The notes under the pieces were generated by a model. It did no database searches, had not been told where the DNA came from, and worked only from the letters and a program-made list of their open reading frames with translations. Shown in pieces: positions 13,887 through 27,180 of a stretch of DNA of 64,000 nt; the stretch's first letter is position 1, and the number at the start of each line of letters is the position of its first letter. The stretch is from Octopus sinensis. Lineage: Eukaryota. The position numbers and the translations under genes were made by a program. Location of the stretch: positions 103,974,001 to 104,038,000 of the forward strand of contig NC_043005.1 in NCBI RefSeq assembly GCF_006345805.1. The letters run 5' to 3'.

Positions 13887-13975
<89 letters not shown>

Positions 13976-14943
13976 ACATGCACACAAACATACACACAAA
14001 CACAATATAAACTATATACACATCGATACACACACAAATACATATATATATATGCTTACCGTCCCCTCTCGTCTCTTTGCCCTCCATCTTTCATCGAACC
14101 TATTCTCCATTTCTTGCTTGGCCTCAACCACCAACTCTTTAATTTTTTCACACACACCAAGAACCACAAACTCCACTTCCTTTTCAACCCTCCCCCTCTT
14201 CCTGTCCAGACCATTCCACCCCTGCACGCGCTCCACGACTCCACTCTAGTCCTGCCCCTTACACTTCCACCTTCTCTCTCCCTGACACCGTGCGCCCTCT
14301 CTCCGACACTGAAATCATTGTATTAATTGCTTTCGACTTTTGCTTCAAGTGGTCCCAACTTTTTTTCCTTTGTTTTTTTCTGGTTTCATAAGCAGGAGGC
14401 ATTACCGTTGATTTTAATGTCTCTTTTAGTTTATTCTTTAATCTACATTTTAAAGCCTTTTTCTATAATATATTGCTGCTGAATTGAATGACTGATATGC
14501 TAAAATCTAAGTAATAATTTGACCCTTTTTGAAGTTAAAACTCATTTATAAAATAGAATTCTTATATGCGAAATATATTTCATCAAATTACATTATGAAC
14601 AGAACATGAAATATAGACATGCCTCTAGATTAGGCCTTGCTCTCAAGCGTCGTTGTTGTTGCTGTTGTCAGGTATTTCACCTCACCGGGTTACATAATCC
14701 ATTTTGTCTTTTGTTATTAAAGACTCTAGTGTAGCACGAATTAGGGCCTATTTCTAACAAATCAAGTGGCCATGAAGACGGTTCTGCAGTACCTTTACCA
14801 TCCATCAAGAAATCCCATGCACATACAATTATATAGTTTGATCAAACATCGGTGGTTGTGGGCACACCTTCGGTTACCATACAAGCTAGGAAGCAGTTAT
14901 ATAACGTTGTAGATATTTAATATATATATATATATAGACATTC

Positions 14944-14999
14944 TAGCAAAAACTGTCCGACGAACGGGAACGTGAAACTCAGAGTAACAGGTTTTGTTG
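14944..14999 (+). ncRNA. Candidate minimal type I hammerhead ribozyme (U4C core)
   Basis: CAAAA-A-CTGT / CCGACGA / ACG[GGAA]CGT / GAAA / CTC-A-GAG-T / A / ACAG-G-TTTTG. All three stems pair; predicted GUA cleavage after 14986. Confidence 0.7.
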
Positions 15000-15370
15000 A
15001 ATTTTCTGCTGCTTTTAAATAAAGTATATATATAATATATATATATATAAGGTAAAAAAAAATCTATATATTTCATTTCCAATTTCTGTAAATTTTTCTT
15101 TTATATATTTCTTCTTTTGAATACATAGCCGTATTTCAGTTAAACTAGACTGGCCGAGTACTAGTCATCGGAACAACAGGCACGCATGCACACACACACA
15201 AACGTATATGTGTGTGTGTGTGTATGTGTGTGTATATACGTGTATATATATGTATGTATATGTATATATATTATTCTGCAATAATCCTCAGACAAATTCT
15301 TGAGATTTGAGGAGACTTGTTACCAAACACGAAGATAAAGTAACTGCTAAATAAATCCGCATGCACAAGT

Positions 15371-15373
15371 GTT

Positions 15374-15450
<77 letters not shown>

Positions 15451-15465
15451 TGCAGTAGTAGTAGT
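15371..15465. repeat. (TAG)n microsatellite
   Basis: Read directly. Similar arrays at 11417-11466 (CTA) and 22800-22950. Confidence 0.95.
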
Positions 15466-15519
15466 AATCCTTTCTACTATAGGTACACGGCAAGAAGTTT
15501 GAGAAGGGGAATGGATAGT

Positions 15520-15840
15520 CGATTTGATCAACCACAGTATTCAACTGGTACTTATTTTATCGATCCCGTGAGGATGAACGGTAAAGTCGACGCCTGCGGC
15601 ATATGAACTCTAAACGTAAGGACGGACGAAATACCTATTTCTTTATTACCCACAAGGGGCTAAACACAGAGGGGACAAACAAGGACAGACATAGGTATTA
15701 AGTCGATTACATAGACCCCAGTGCGTAACTGGTACTTAATTTATCGACCCCGAAAGGATGAGAGGCAAAGTCGACCTCGGCGGAATTTGAGGTCGACTTT
15801 GAAGCATTTTTCCCGGCGTGATAACGATTCTGCCAGCTCG
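15520..15840 (-). mobile_element. SINE B dimer (tail-1 copy fused to a head-truncated copy)
   Basis: Junction GGACGGACGAAATAC|CTATTTCTTTATTACCCACAAGGGG at about 15634. Confidence 0.75.
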
Positions 15841-15873
15841 TTTATTATGTTGCTCTTGTCATTATTATTATTA

Positions 15874-15904
<31 letters not shown>

Positions 15905-15950
15905 TATTATTATTATGTTTATTATTATTATTATTATCTTTATTATTATT

Positions 15951-16500
15951 GAGTGAGAGAGCAGTGCATGCCATCAATGTGACACGGGTAAAATATACGA
16001 AGCCCAGTATACCAATCATGACTACCCGTCTGATAAGTGTACACCAGGTACATGCATCAGAAACAAATGTGTGCGACATGGTGATCTCATATCTAGATAA
16101 ACAGCGCATGACCTCGCAGGTGGGGCCCACTTAGAATTTTCTTCTGGTCGAGTTGCGCATCCCGCTCAAAAGGTACATGAAAAAGGATTGTTTAAGGATG
16201 TTGAACAAACCACCTATGTTTCCAAAGGTGAATTATCCAAACCTCTAAGAATTCCTTTCAACACATGGCTATGATGCTCCCCCATTACTTCTGCTCGTGA
16301 TCAGAGATGTACATATCGTCAGCCACTAAGGAACATGATCAACTGGTTAAGGTCAAACAACTGACAAGCAAATCTGTGGTATTGAGTAGAATATTTGCTG
16401 TAGCCCATCTTTTATACCAAGACAAAACAATGTACATGATAACACTTCCAATCAGTTAAGATCAGGAGCCATGAGGGCCACTGTCTGGTACTGCATCAGA
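15951..16500 (-). mobile_element. ~550-bp non-coding (TAA)n-embedded element, full length
   Basis: Homologous end to end to 27181-27704; (ATT)n on both sides. Confidence 0.85.
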
Positions 16501-16518
16501 GCATTATTATTGTTGTTG

Positions 16519-16629
<111 letters not shown>

Positions 16630-16682
16630 TCATCATTATTATTGTTGTTGTTGTTGTTGTTATTGTTATTGTTATTATTATC

Positions 16683-16780
16683 TAAGGTGGTGAGCTGCCA
16701 GGACCGTTAGCACACCGGGCTAAATGCTTAGCAGTATTCCGTCTGTCTTACGTTCTGAGTTGAAATTCCGCCGAGGTCGA
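16683..16780 (+). mobile_element. SINE B 5' half
   Basis: GGTGGTGAGCTGCCAGGACCGTTAGCACACCGGGC..TTCTGAGTTGAAATTCCGCCGAGGTCGAC. Confidence 0.75.
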
Positions 16781-16789
16781 CAGAAAATG

Positions 16790-17640
16790 AAAACAGGCCT
16801 GGAAGGTCGAAAGATTAAATCTAAAAAAGAATGAAGGATACAAGTACTTAGAGGTAATACAGGAACTTCTCCAAAGAATACAATAGAAATATTACGAAAG
16901 ATTACGAAAGTACCGGAAACTAACTCAATGCAGTCAATACCAGGGCCAAGTCTCTGTTGAACCTATCTGATTTTTCCCAAGTTCACATACAGAATAACAC
17001 GAATTGGATAGAACTAAGAAGCTACCCACAATGCATAGCGCACATCTTCATAAAGTAGTATCAATAGGATCCACTTATCATGTAGAGAAGGTCGCTATCA
17101 TGACGAGAAGTCCGTTAAATGTAGGATGCACCACCGGTACTGCAATATTTGGTTTCGAAAACTATGTTGTATGTAGTAAAGAAAGAATAATATCTGAAGC
17201 CGGAAATAACGCAAAAGTTACTGAAGCGATGAGAGAATGCAAAAACAAAGAAGAACGACAAGATAAATAGCTGAAAAGTGAAGGAATGGCCAATTTAGGC
17301 TACAAATGAAGGATGAAAGAAGTAAAGAATTCTGGTTGCGAAAATCTCAAATAAGAAACTGAATTGTTAAATTGTTCCGCACAGGAACAAGCTATTAAAC
17401 GAACATGATAAAGACATACAACGTAGTTTGAGAGCAAATACAGAATGAGTGGAAAAGAGGCCGAAAGTATTAGCCATCTTTTAAGTGAATGTAGTACAAG
17501 GACAGGCAGGACTGTGTCGATTTATGAGTTCATTGAGGTGGTGGCTTTGTAAATTGAAAATAACAGAAAAGTAGTATAAACACGAGCTAGAGGGTGTGAT
17601 ACAGAATAATAATCACAGGATATTATTGTATTTTCCATGA
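16790..17640 (+). pseudogene. Highly degenerate R4/Dong-like non-LTR retroelement (RT end to zinc knuckle)
   Basis: Broken frames give GYKYL, WLRKS, CSAQEQAIK and AESISHLLSECS. The same motifs occur in the better-preserved 20050-20535 copy. Confidence 0.65.
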
Positions 17641-17808
17641 AGACACCCCTATATACATGCTTACATACACGCATTCTTGTATATGTATATATATATATAT
17701 ATCATATATAGATCTACTCACACACATATTTTAATATATATAACTGTCAATGCATGCACACACACACCCTCAAACACGCATAAAAGCTCGCACATTTGTC
17801 TTGAAAAC

Positions 17809-17972
17809 AGGCGCAGGAGTGGCTGTGTGGTAAGTAGCTTGCTTACCAACCACATGGTTCCGGGTTCAGTCCCACTGCGTGGCACCTTGGGCAAGTGTCT
17901 TCTACTATAGCCTCGGGCCGATTAAAGCCTTGTGAGTGGATTTGGTTGACGGAAACTGAAAGAAGCCCGTCA

Positions 17973-18024
<52 letters not shown>

Positions 18025-18250
18025 ATATACATGTGCGAGTATGTTTTTGTGTCTGTGTTTTTGCCCCCCTAGCATTGCTTGACAACTGATGCCGGTGTGT
18101 TTATGTCCCCGTCACTTAGCGGTTCGGCTAAAGAGACCGATAGAATAAGTACTGGACTTACAAAGAATAAGTCCCGGGGTCGAGTTGCTCGACTAAAGGC
18201 GGTATTCCAGCATGGCCGCAGTCAAATGACTGAAGCAAGTAAAAGAGTAA
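17809..18250 (+). mobile_element. SINE family A, best-preserved full copy
   Basis: GGCGCAGGAGTGGCTGTGTGG..GGTTCAGTCCCACTGCGTGGCACCTTGGGCAAGTG..GAAAGAAGCCCGTC-(TA)n-..CAGCATGGCCGCAGTCAAATGACTGAAGCAAGTAAAAG. Confidence 0.9.
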
Positions 18251-18492
18251 ATGTATTGGAGTATCTGTCTCTAAGAACATGATATTGTACGTGCTCTCAC
18301 GTGCATTTGGATATATATATCTGTTTAATTAACTAAGTAACTAACCGATTAACTATATGTATACACACATACGCACAAAAACACACATATATGTGTGCTC
18401 GTGTGTGGGTGTGTGAACTACGACTTTTATATGTATATATTTGTGTATATATATGTATATATATATATATACATATATATGTATATATATGT

Positions 18493-18530
<38 letters not shown>

Positions 18531-18584
18531 TATTATGATATATATACGTAATATGTGTGTGTGTATATATATAAGCATATGCAC

Positions 18585-18615
<31 letters not shown>

Positions 18616-19594
18616 AAGAAGAGGAAGAAATAGTGGAAACTGATGTATATATTATTGTTTGTAATTGTTACAGTGTTTGATCATGTGCCTGTGTGTGTCT
18701 GTGTATACTCCCAAATGAGTGTATTTATAAGATAGTACGAATATACATACATACGTACATACATGCGTATATATATACATATAAAGTGGTATGAAGATAC
18801 ATACGCACATATATATATATACATACACATATATATGTGTGTGTTTATATCTATATAAATATTTGTGTCTATGTTTTACTATGTTACATTGATGTATATA
18901 TGTACATATACATACACATGTATATTGACACACATGCGCATACACACACTAAAATACATACATATGTACATATATATGTATGTGTGTGTGTGTGTATATA
19001 TATACACGGGATATTCTATGGCTAATTAATTAAAGACATAATGTTTAAATCTTAACAATCTAGCGTCTGGTCTTTGGGTTTAATGTCCGACTTTTAAATT
19101 TAATAGTTCAAACATTAGCTTTAATGTTTGATCTCCAAGTTTAATTTTCGACATTTGACCATAAGATTTAATGTTTGGCCTTCTCATTCTTCAGGAATTC
19201 GATGCTATAATTTTATTACTTTTTAGGCTTCATCATTTTGCTTATCTCAGACAACTTTCAGCTATTTTAAATAAGTTAACATCAAAAATAATTACAAAAA
19301 GAAAAAAATCCCAATTACGAACAATAATGAACCTATTATTGTCAGATATTTCTCAATTTATCGTTTAAATACTAACGCGTGGACCCGACTGTCTATAAGC
19401 TTTCATTGGATGTCATAGCGATGAGTAAGTAAGTTAAATACTGATTTACTGAATGCTGTAAACAAACACTGAAATGACTCTTCGATGAAGAAAAAAAAAT
19501 TACAAACACCATTATTAACGACTCTTAAAGCAAAGGGAGATAATCTCAAGAAACTTGTCAACTAGACCTCATCATGCAGCATAATGTACCGAGT

Positions 19595-19842
19595 ATAAAC
19601 TCCTGGTTGACAAAACTGTGCTTAGAGACTGAAAGAAGAGGAAAGCTAACTTAGTCATGTCAGGGATAGATTATCGTAAGGCGTACGATATGATCCCATA
19701 TTCTTGGATTATGGAATGTATGAACCTATTTGGTATTGCATCGAATGTTGAGCGATTGCTTATCAGAAGGGTAGTCATGATGGGTATCCTGGGGTTCGTA
19801 TAGTTTAACCTGGTGTCACTTTGATGGCATGCACTCTCACTC

Positions 19843-19895
<53 letters not shown>

Positions 19896-20535
19896 CAACA
19901 ACAACTATAATAATTGCCTCAACAACAACAAGAAAGGAAAATCTTAGAGAAAGAAAGAAAATCGTAAAGAACACACACACACATACAAAAAAACAGCATC
20001 GAAGAAGAAAATATGCACGGTCAGTTTGCAAGAGATGCGAACGCCAAGACAGATACAGAAGGCCGGTGGCCATGGATGAGGAAGAGTGACCTGAAGATAG
20101 AGACAGAAGCATTTATATACGCAGCATAAAAGCAAGCGTTAAGGACTAACTCTGAATTAAAGAATCGACAAGTTTAGCGAGAGCAACATATACAGAATGT
20201 GTTGTGAGAGGGCTGAAACATTATGGCACCTCGTTAGCGAATGCTCGAAATTGGCACAATGTGAATACAAAAGACGACATGATAATATGGCAAGAAAGAT
20301 GCATTTGGAGCTCTTTAGAAATCACGGTCTACAAAGTGTAAAGACGTGGTGTGAGCAAACCCCAGAAGGAGTCACCGAGATTGAAGTTTGCAAAATCCTG
20401 TGGGATGCAATGATTCAGTGCGATCACCTGACCAGACATCGGAAACTGAACATTTTTGTGGTAGATAAAAAAAGAAAACATGCATGATAATCAATATAGA
20501 ATGTCCCGTGGACAACAGGACCAAAGCGAAAGAAG
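19595..20535 (+). pseudogene. R4/Dong-like (REL endonuclease) non-LTR retroelement relic, internally deleted and interrupted
   Basis: LLVDKTVLRD*KKRKANLVMSGIDYRKAYDMIPYSWIMECMNLFG (RT). Then CCERAETLWHLVSECSKLAQCEYKRRHD (CCHC) and KILWD..HRKLNIFVVDKK..IINIECPVD (REL). Confidence 0.85.
19769..19842 (+). mobile_element. 5'-truncated (TAA)n-associated element
   Basis: GGGTAGTCATGATGGGTAT..GTGTCACTTTGATGGCATGCACTCTCACTC-(AAT)n, the same 3' terminus as at 27704. Confidence 0.8.
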
Positions 20536-20635
20536 NNNNNNNNNNNNNNNNNNNNNNNNNNNNNNNNNNNNNNNNNNNNNNNNNNNNNNNNNNNNNNNNN
20601 NNNNNNNNNNNNNNNNNNNNNNNNNNNNNNNNNNN
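20536..20635. other. Assembly gap (100 N)
   Basis: Run of N. Confidence 1.
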
Positions 20636-20860
20636 GTTTAGAAGAAAACGAATGAGAATGAATGTTACAAAAGAAATTAAATAAATAAATAAAGAGGGAG
20701 GTAAGTGTAAAGGAAATTGTTTAAGATGCATAGAGGCTTCTGACTAAATTCTGTCTACAACATTCCTCTAAAAGACATCATTAGTCAAGTCGTGGCTTCT
20801 GCTAGAACTATGTGGAGAATTGGTAGACTCATAGATCCAGCGAATGGATTTCTTGTAGTA

Positions 20861-21100
20861 AGGCGGCGAGCTGGCAGAAACGTTAGCACGCCGGGCGAAA
20901 TACTTTGCGGTATTTCGTCTGCCGTTACGTTCTGAGTTCAAATTCCGCCGAGGTCGACTTTGCCTTTCATCCTTTCGGGGTCGATAAATTAAGTACCAGT
21001 TACGCACTGAGGTCGATATAATCGACTTAATTCGTTTGTCTGTCCTTGTTTGTCCTCTCTGTGTTTAGCCCCTTGTGGGTAATAAAGAAATAGGATTTCT
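20861..21100 (+). mobile_element. SINE family B, full length, tail 1
   Basis: GGCGGCGAGCTGGCAGAAACGTTAGC (A box), GAGTTCAAATTCC (B box), GCCTTTCATCCTTTCGGGGTCGATAAAT core, end AAAGAAATAGG. Confidence 0.9.
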
Positions 21101-22116
21101 TGTAGTTTTTTTTTTTTCCTTTTTCTACATCTCTGCTCTCTGAGTTCAAATCCCACCAAGGTGGACTCTGCCTTTCGCGCATTCAGGATCGCTGAAAATG
21201 ATGCGTGTTCAGTATTGGGGTCGATTGTTTCTACTGTCTGTCGGTCTGTCTGTTTGTCTATAGGGGTCTGTGCAATTAAAACCAAATTGAAAGGTAGTGA
21301 TTGGCTAATGTTTTTTCCATTAGAATTTAATTGTAAGCCTAATATGACACACCTCATGTGCTTTTGTGTGTCAGTAAAACACAGTAAGGTGTGCGCGTAT
21401 GTGTGCGTGTGTGTGTGTGTGATAATGTGTGTATGTGTGTGTGAATATTGCTTGATTGAACGTTAATATATAGTTGGTCTGCTTGCTGTATTTTTTCTTT
21501 TGTGTCTTTCGGTGTAAATAGTGTGGCATGTCGATAGTGATGATGATGAATGGATGTTGTTGTTTTGTTGGTAGTGGTAATACTGATGGTGATCAAGTGC
21601 TAGTGGGGGTAAGTGTACGAGGCAGAGGAGAGAATTAATGTCAGCAAGAATAACAACAAATTTGTAAAAAATAAAAGAAACATCAACAGCAACAAAGCAA
21701 TAACAATAACGACTGCCACAACAACAACAAAACAACAACAACTTCAAAACTAAACGGAATGGGCAGAAAGACAAGATGGACCGAAAAGTAGCGACAAGAT
21801 GGCATACAGGGAACGAATAAAAATAAGTGAAGGCCAAGAAAATATGCAAACGACGTGGATTCAGTGAAACATCAAACAAGCCTTTCAGTTGTGTGTCCTT
21901 AAGCCTTAACTGAGCCCCTATCGTGTCATATTTGCTGTGTACATTGACACTGTTAAATAGATGCGATCCGTTAGAACTGAAAGATCGTCTGCTTAAAAAT
22001 GGCTGCCTTTATTCAAACTAATGGGTTGGGCAAAATGTCTCAGTCACTCCACTCTCTCATCTCTCTCTCTCTCATCTCTCTCTCTCCGCTCATCTCTCTC
22101 ACTCTCTCTCATCACT

Positions 22117-22160
<44 letters not shown>

Positions 22161-22870
22161 ATACAGATAGATAGATATAGATATAATAATGTGTGTGTTA
22201 GTATGGTATGCGTACATATGTATACATACACATACATATACATTATATATATATATATAGATGCATACATACAATATAATATATATGTATGTATATGTAT
22301 ATATATCTATATATATATTATATATATATATATTACTCACACACATACACACATGCAAGGGAACACAAGAAATATATATGACCGCACGTGTTTAAATATG
22401 TGTATATATATGTGTGTGGGTGTGTGCGTGTATTATATATATGTGTGTATATACATATGTATATACATACCAATCCTTCCTTCCATCCATCCATCCATCC
22501 ATCCATACATACATACATGCATACTTACGTACATACATGCTCTCAGGTACTTTCATCCAAACAGGATAAATTCATAGTGACGTATGTTGGTATGTATGCA
22601 GGAAAGCGCATACGTATGTGCATAACGATAATGATGTTCATGATATTGATAATAACGTATCTGTTATAGTTGATGCTGATGAGAATGATGATGACGATGA
22701 TGATGATAAGGATGATGATGATGAAACTAGTAAGGTTAAATTGTAGCTGTTGTCTAGCAACAGTGCTAAATGTATATAAACTTCATTTTAATCCTCTTAA
22801 GTAGTAGTAGTAGTAGTAGCTTTTGGTGGTAGTAGTTGTAGTAGTAGTAGTAGTAGTAGTGGTAGTAGTG

Positions 22871-22919
<49 letters not shown>

Positions 22920-23542
22920 TAGTAGTTGTGGTGGTAGTAGTAGTAGTAGTAAAAGGTGGAGAAAGAAGGGGAGGAGGCGTAGCCGCATTTGCATCATTAA
23001 AGTTTGTAGCAATCGTCCATGTGGCTGTTTTGAATAATTTGTACCACCATTTTGATGGTGTTGTGCTGGTAGTTGTGGTGGCGGTGCTGGTGGCTGTGTT
23101 GGTCTTGGTAGTACGGCGGTGACAGTGCTGGCCGTAGAAATGGTTGCGTTGCATGGGAGTTCTAAAAATTGTAATATTACCATGATGACGTCCCCACCCC
23201 AATACCTCGCCCACTACCCCCACCTCCAACCACACCTCTCACAACATTGATTACCAGCCAACGAAGATGCACTTTTGTTGCAACATCTCACGCATGCAAT
23301 AACAGCCAAATCTCCCTCTAATGACAGCCTGCCATTTAAAAAAGAGAAAGCGTGGTCAATGATATTTGAAATATATTCGAGCCAGAAAGATCGGGAGTGA
23401 GGGTCGTGGATGGGGTTGTAATAATCATCATAGGACCGCTCGACCATAGTTGACCAAGGGTTAAAGAATAATAGCAAAATATACACAGCTACCATGAAAC
23501 ATATCTCGCCACAAAGCTAATAGCACCACCAAAGAAAGCACC

Positions 23543-24030
23543 GAGTTGGCAGAACCGTTAGCACGCCAGAGAAAATGCTTAGCGACATTTCGTGTGTCTT
23601 CAAGTTCTGAGTTCAAATTCCGCCGGGGTCGACTTTACCTTTCATCCTTTTCGAGATACGTACCATTGGGATCGATGTAATCGACTTACCCCGCTAGGGT
23701 CGATTTTGCCTTTCATCCTTTGGGGGATCGATAAAAGAAGTACCAGTTGAACACTGGGGAAAAGTGGGGTCGATGTAATCGACTAAAACCACCCTCGAAA
23801 TTTCTGGTCTTGGGTCAAAATCTGAAACCTGTATACAGGCAGAATCGTTACCACGCCGGGCGAAAAACTTAGCGGCATTTCTTCGTCTTTACGTTTTGAG
23901 TTCAAATGTCGTCGAGGTCGACTTTCCCTTTCATCCTTTTAGGGTCGATAAAATAAGTACCGATTGTGTACTGGGGTAGATGTAATCGACTATTCCCCCG
24001 AACTTGCAGGCCTTGTGCCAAAATTTGAAT
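23543..24030 (+). mobile_element. Cluster of SINE B copies with an internal core duplication
   Basis: Head+core 23543-23693, repeated core+tail 23696-23828, and a third copy 23837-24030. Confidence 0.8.
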
Positions 24031-24607
24031 TCAATATATTGTTAATCAGCCCACTAGAATAACATTGCCACTATTATTAACAAGAACAAGCAACTACCAA
24101 CAATGGCATCAACCCGGTTGTTATAGCACCATAACAACCTCTACCTACGAAACTTCACGAACAGGCACAGTCATCACCAAGACAACCACCATATTTGTCA
24201 CAAATACCACAACTACCATCACGACTGTCAACATCATCATCATAAACACCACAACTACCATTACGACCCTCACCGTCATTGTCATCACAAATACCACAAC
24301 CATTACAACCGCCAACCAAAATTAGTAGAACAAGCGTACCTACCATCAACATAACCGTCGTTATTTCCATTACCAGAACAAGAACAACCATCACCACCAC
24401 CACCACCAGTATCGTCAACATCAACAATAACTATAACAGCAGCAGCACCACCACCAACAACAATAACAGCAACAGCAATACTAACAGCAGCCGAAACCAA
24501 CACTATCACCATCACTATCGCCAACATCATCATTCGCACCAGAAGAAGCAGCAGCCCAACCGACAACCAACAACACTGCAATCACCACTAGCATCACTAC
24601 TACCACT

Positions 24608-24642
<35 letters not shown>

Positions 24643-25032
24643 CAGCAACAATACTAGTCGAAGGATGTGGAGAAGAATGGAGAAGGAGAGAGTGAGAGAG
24701 AGTGAGAGAGACTGTGGAGAGAGGGAGAGGGGGAGAGAGTCATTTGCAGAGATAAACGTCTATTAGTTGATAAAGAATTCATGGTGTTTTCAAAGCCACC
24801 ATCTTTGTTCTGTTTTTTTTCTGTATTCTTTTATATTTATTTAATATTATTATTTTTTTTATCAAGAGAGAACAGCAATATGCAGAGAAAATCAGGGTCA
24901 GTTTGAAAATTGTGAATCCGTGATGGTGTCTGTGACACTGCCTTGGGCTTTTTTCCTATATACTGCTGGGGTGCATTCATCTTTGACGACTTCTGTGGAC
25001 CACTTCTTGCTAAAATAGCAAAATGGCCTTAC

Positions 25033-25084
<52 letters not shown>

Positions 25085-25776
25085 GGGGGAGGGAATGAGA
25101 GAGGGAGAGAGAGAGACGACGACGACGAGATGGAGCGAGAGAGAGGAGGAAGAAGCAGCGCGATTAAGAGAGTGGGAAAGAGAGAGAGCGCTCTCGTTCT
25201 AATTTATTTGGGATTTCCTTTCGTTTCGTGTAACATTCTGTTTTGTTTTCTTCATATATGTTTTTTTATTGTTTCCTTGACTGTAAGTTTCTTTCTTTGA
25301 TTATTCGTGTTGCCTTTCATGTTGGTATTGTTGTTGGTGTCGTTGTGTCTGGTATGTATTTTTAAAAAATTTGTTTTGTATTTTCTCTTCCTGCGCGTGA
25401 GAACATATATACATACATGCATACATACATACATACATACATACATGCATACATACATGTGTGGGTGTTATGCACATACGTACGTGTATGTATATATTAT
25501 ATGTGTGTATACATATCATATATATCAATACGTATGTGTGCGTGTTTGTGTGTGTATGAGTGCATGTGCCCAAGAATACATGCATATATATCATGCGTCT
25601 ATGTATGCGTGTGCACAGGCGCGAGTATATGGACCTATATAATAAATGAGAGAATGCATAAGAGTGCGTGAATGCATACTATAAATAATTCAAGAATACA
25701 CTCACATATACATTAAGGGAGAAAGAAAGAGAGAGAGAGATAAAGCGATAAGCAGACAAACTGAGAGCGATACTAG

Positions 25777-25844
<68 letters not shown>

Positions 25845-25980
25845 TTTGTAGAAAAAAAAGAAAAGCAGAAAGAAAGATAGATACATAGCTTGGTGTATAT
25901 ATATATATATATATATATATATTGATAGATAGATAGTTATATATATATATATTATATATATATATATTATATATAGATAT

Positions 25981-26080
<100 letters not shown>

Positions 26081-26494
26081 AAAGATAAAGGCAATAGATT
26101 AACGGACAAATATAGGTTATCGCTTTGGCATTTGTAAAGGATTCAAAATAAGAAATTAGCACTAGCAGAGATGACAACGTTTGGAATATATGCCGGAGGA
26201 AATTGATGCAAGTCTTAGGGTAGATTGCTGTTCTTCACGTGGCGAAGCTTGAAATAACAAAACGAAAATAAAAGCCAACCAAATAAATGAGAATGTATAT
26301 ATATGTATACATACGTGTTGTGTGTGCCTGTAATTGTATGTATAAATATGTGTACATAAATATATTATGCTTGTGTGTTGATATATATACACATATGGAT
26401 TTGCATATATATCAGCATGTACATATATATACATGCATACATATGCACATACATACACACGCACATATATATAAAGAGACATAGATAAATAGAT

Positions 26495-26525
<31 letters not shown>

Positions 26526-27049
26526 CATGTATAGGATTATGACACATAGGTCCATGCATATATGTATGTATATATATGCACACACACATGATTAAACATA
26601 TATATACACATACAAACACACCTACGCATATACACAGGCATACACACCTACGCATACGCACATGTATACACACACATATATTTACTCATACGTGCGGACA
26701 CAAGCACATGCACGCACACACAAACAGATACACAGACACACAGACACACAGACAAACAGACACACGCTTCCGCGCGCGCACTCACAAGTACACAGCGTAC
26801 AATGACAAAACAATTCTTAATGCAAAAATATACAAACCGTGTCATGCGTGCCGTTGTATGTGGAGAGATTTGGCATTTCACTGTTCATAGCCTGCAACCG
26901 AGGTTGTTGACGGGGATAATTACGACGTTCTTGATTGCGATGATGATGACGATGATGATGATGATGATAATTATGATGGTGGTGGTGCTATTGCTAATAT
27001 TTTCGATTTCTCATAAAATATTGGAAGGGAGTTCATAGTAATAATAATA

Positions 27050-27099
<50 letters not shown>

Positions 27100-27180
27100 T
27101 AATAATAATAATAATAATGGCATGCAATGCTCTCTCACTCAATAATAATAATAATAATAATAATAATGATGATGATGATA

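Noticed and set aside
15130-15175. Minus-strand CCGATGA followed by CTAG..CTAG
   Set aside because: GAAA does not follow the putative stem II, and no stem I or III forms.
23543-24030. CRISPR-like or regularly spaced repeat array
   Set aside because: The repeated GTCGATGTAATCGAC segments are SINE B cores in a eukaryotic context, with no unique spacers of constant length.
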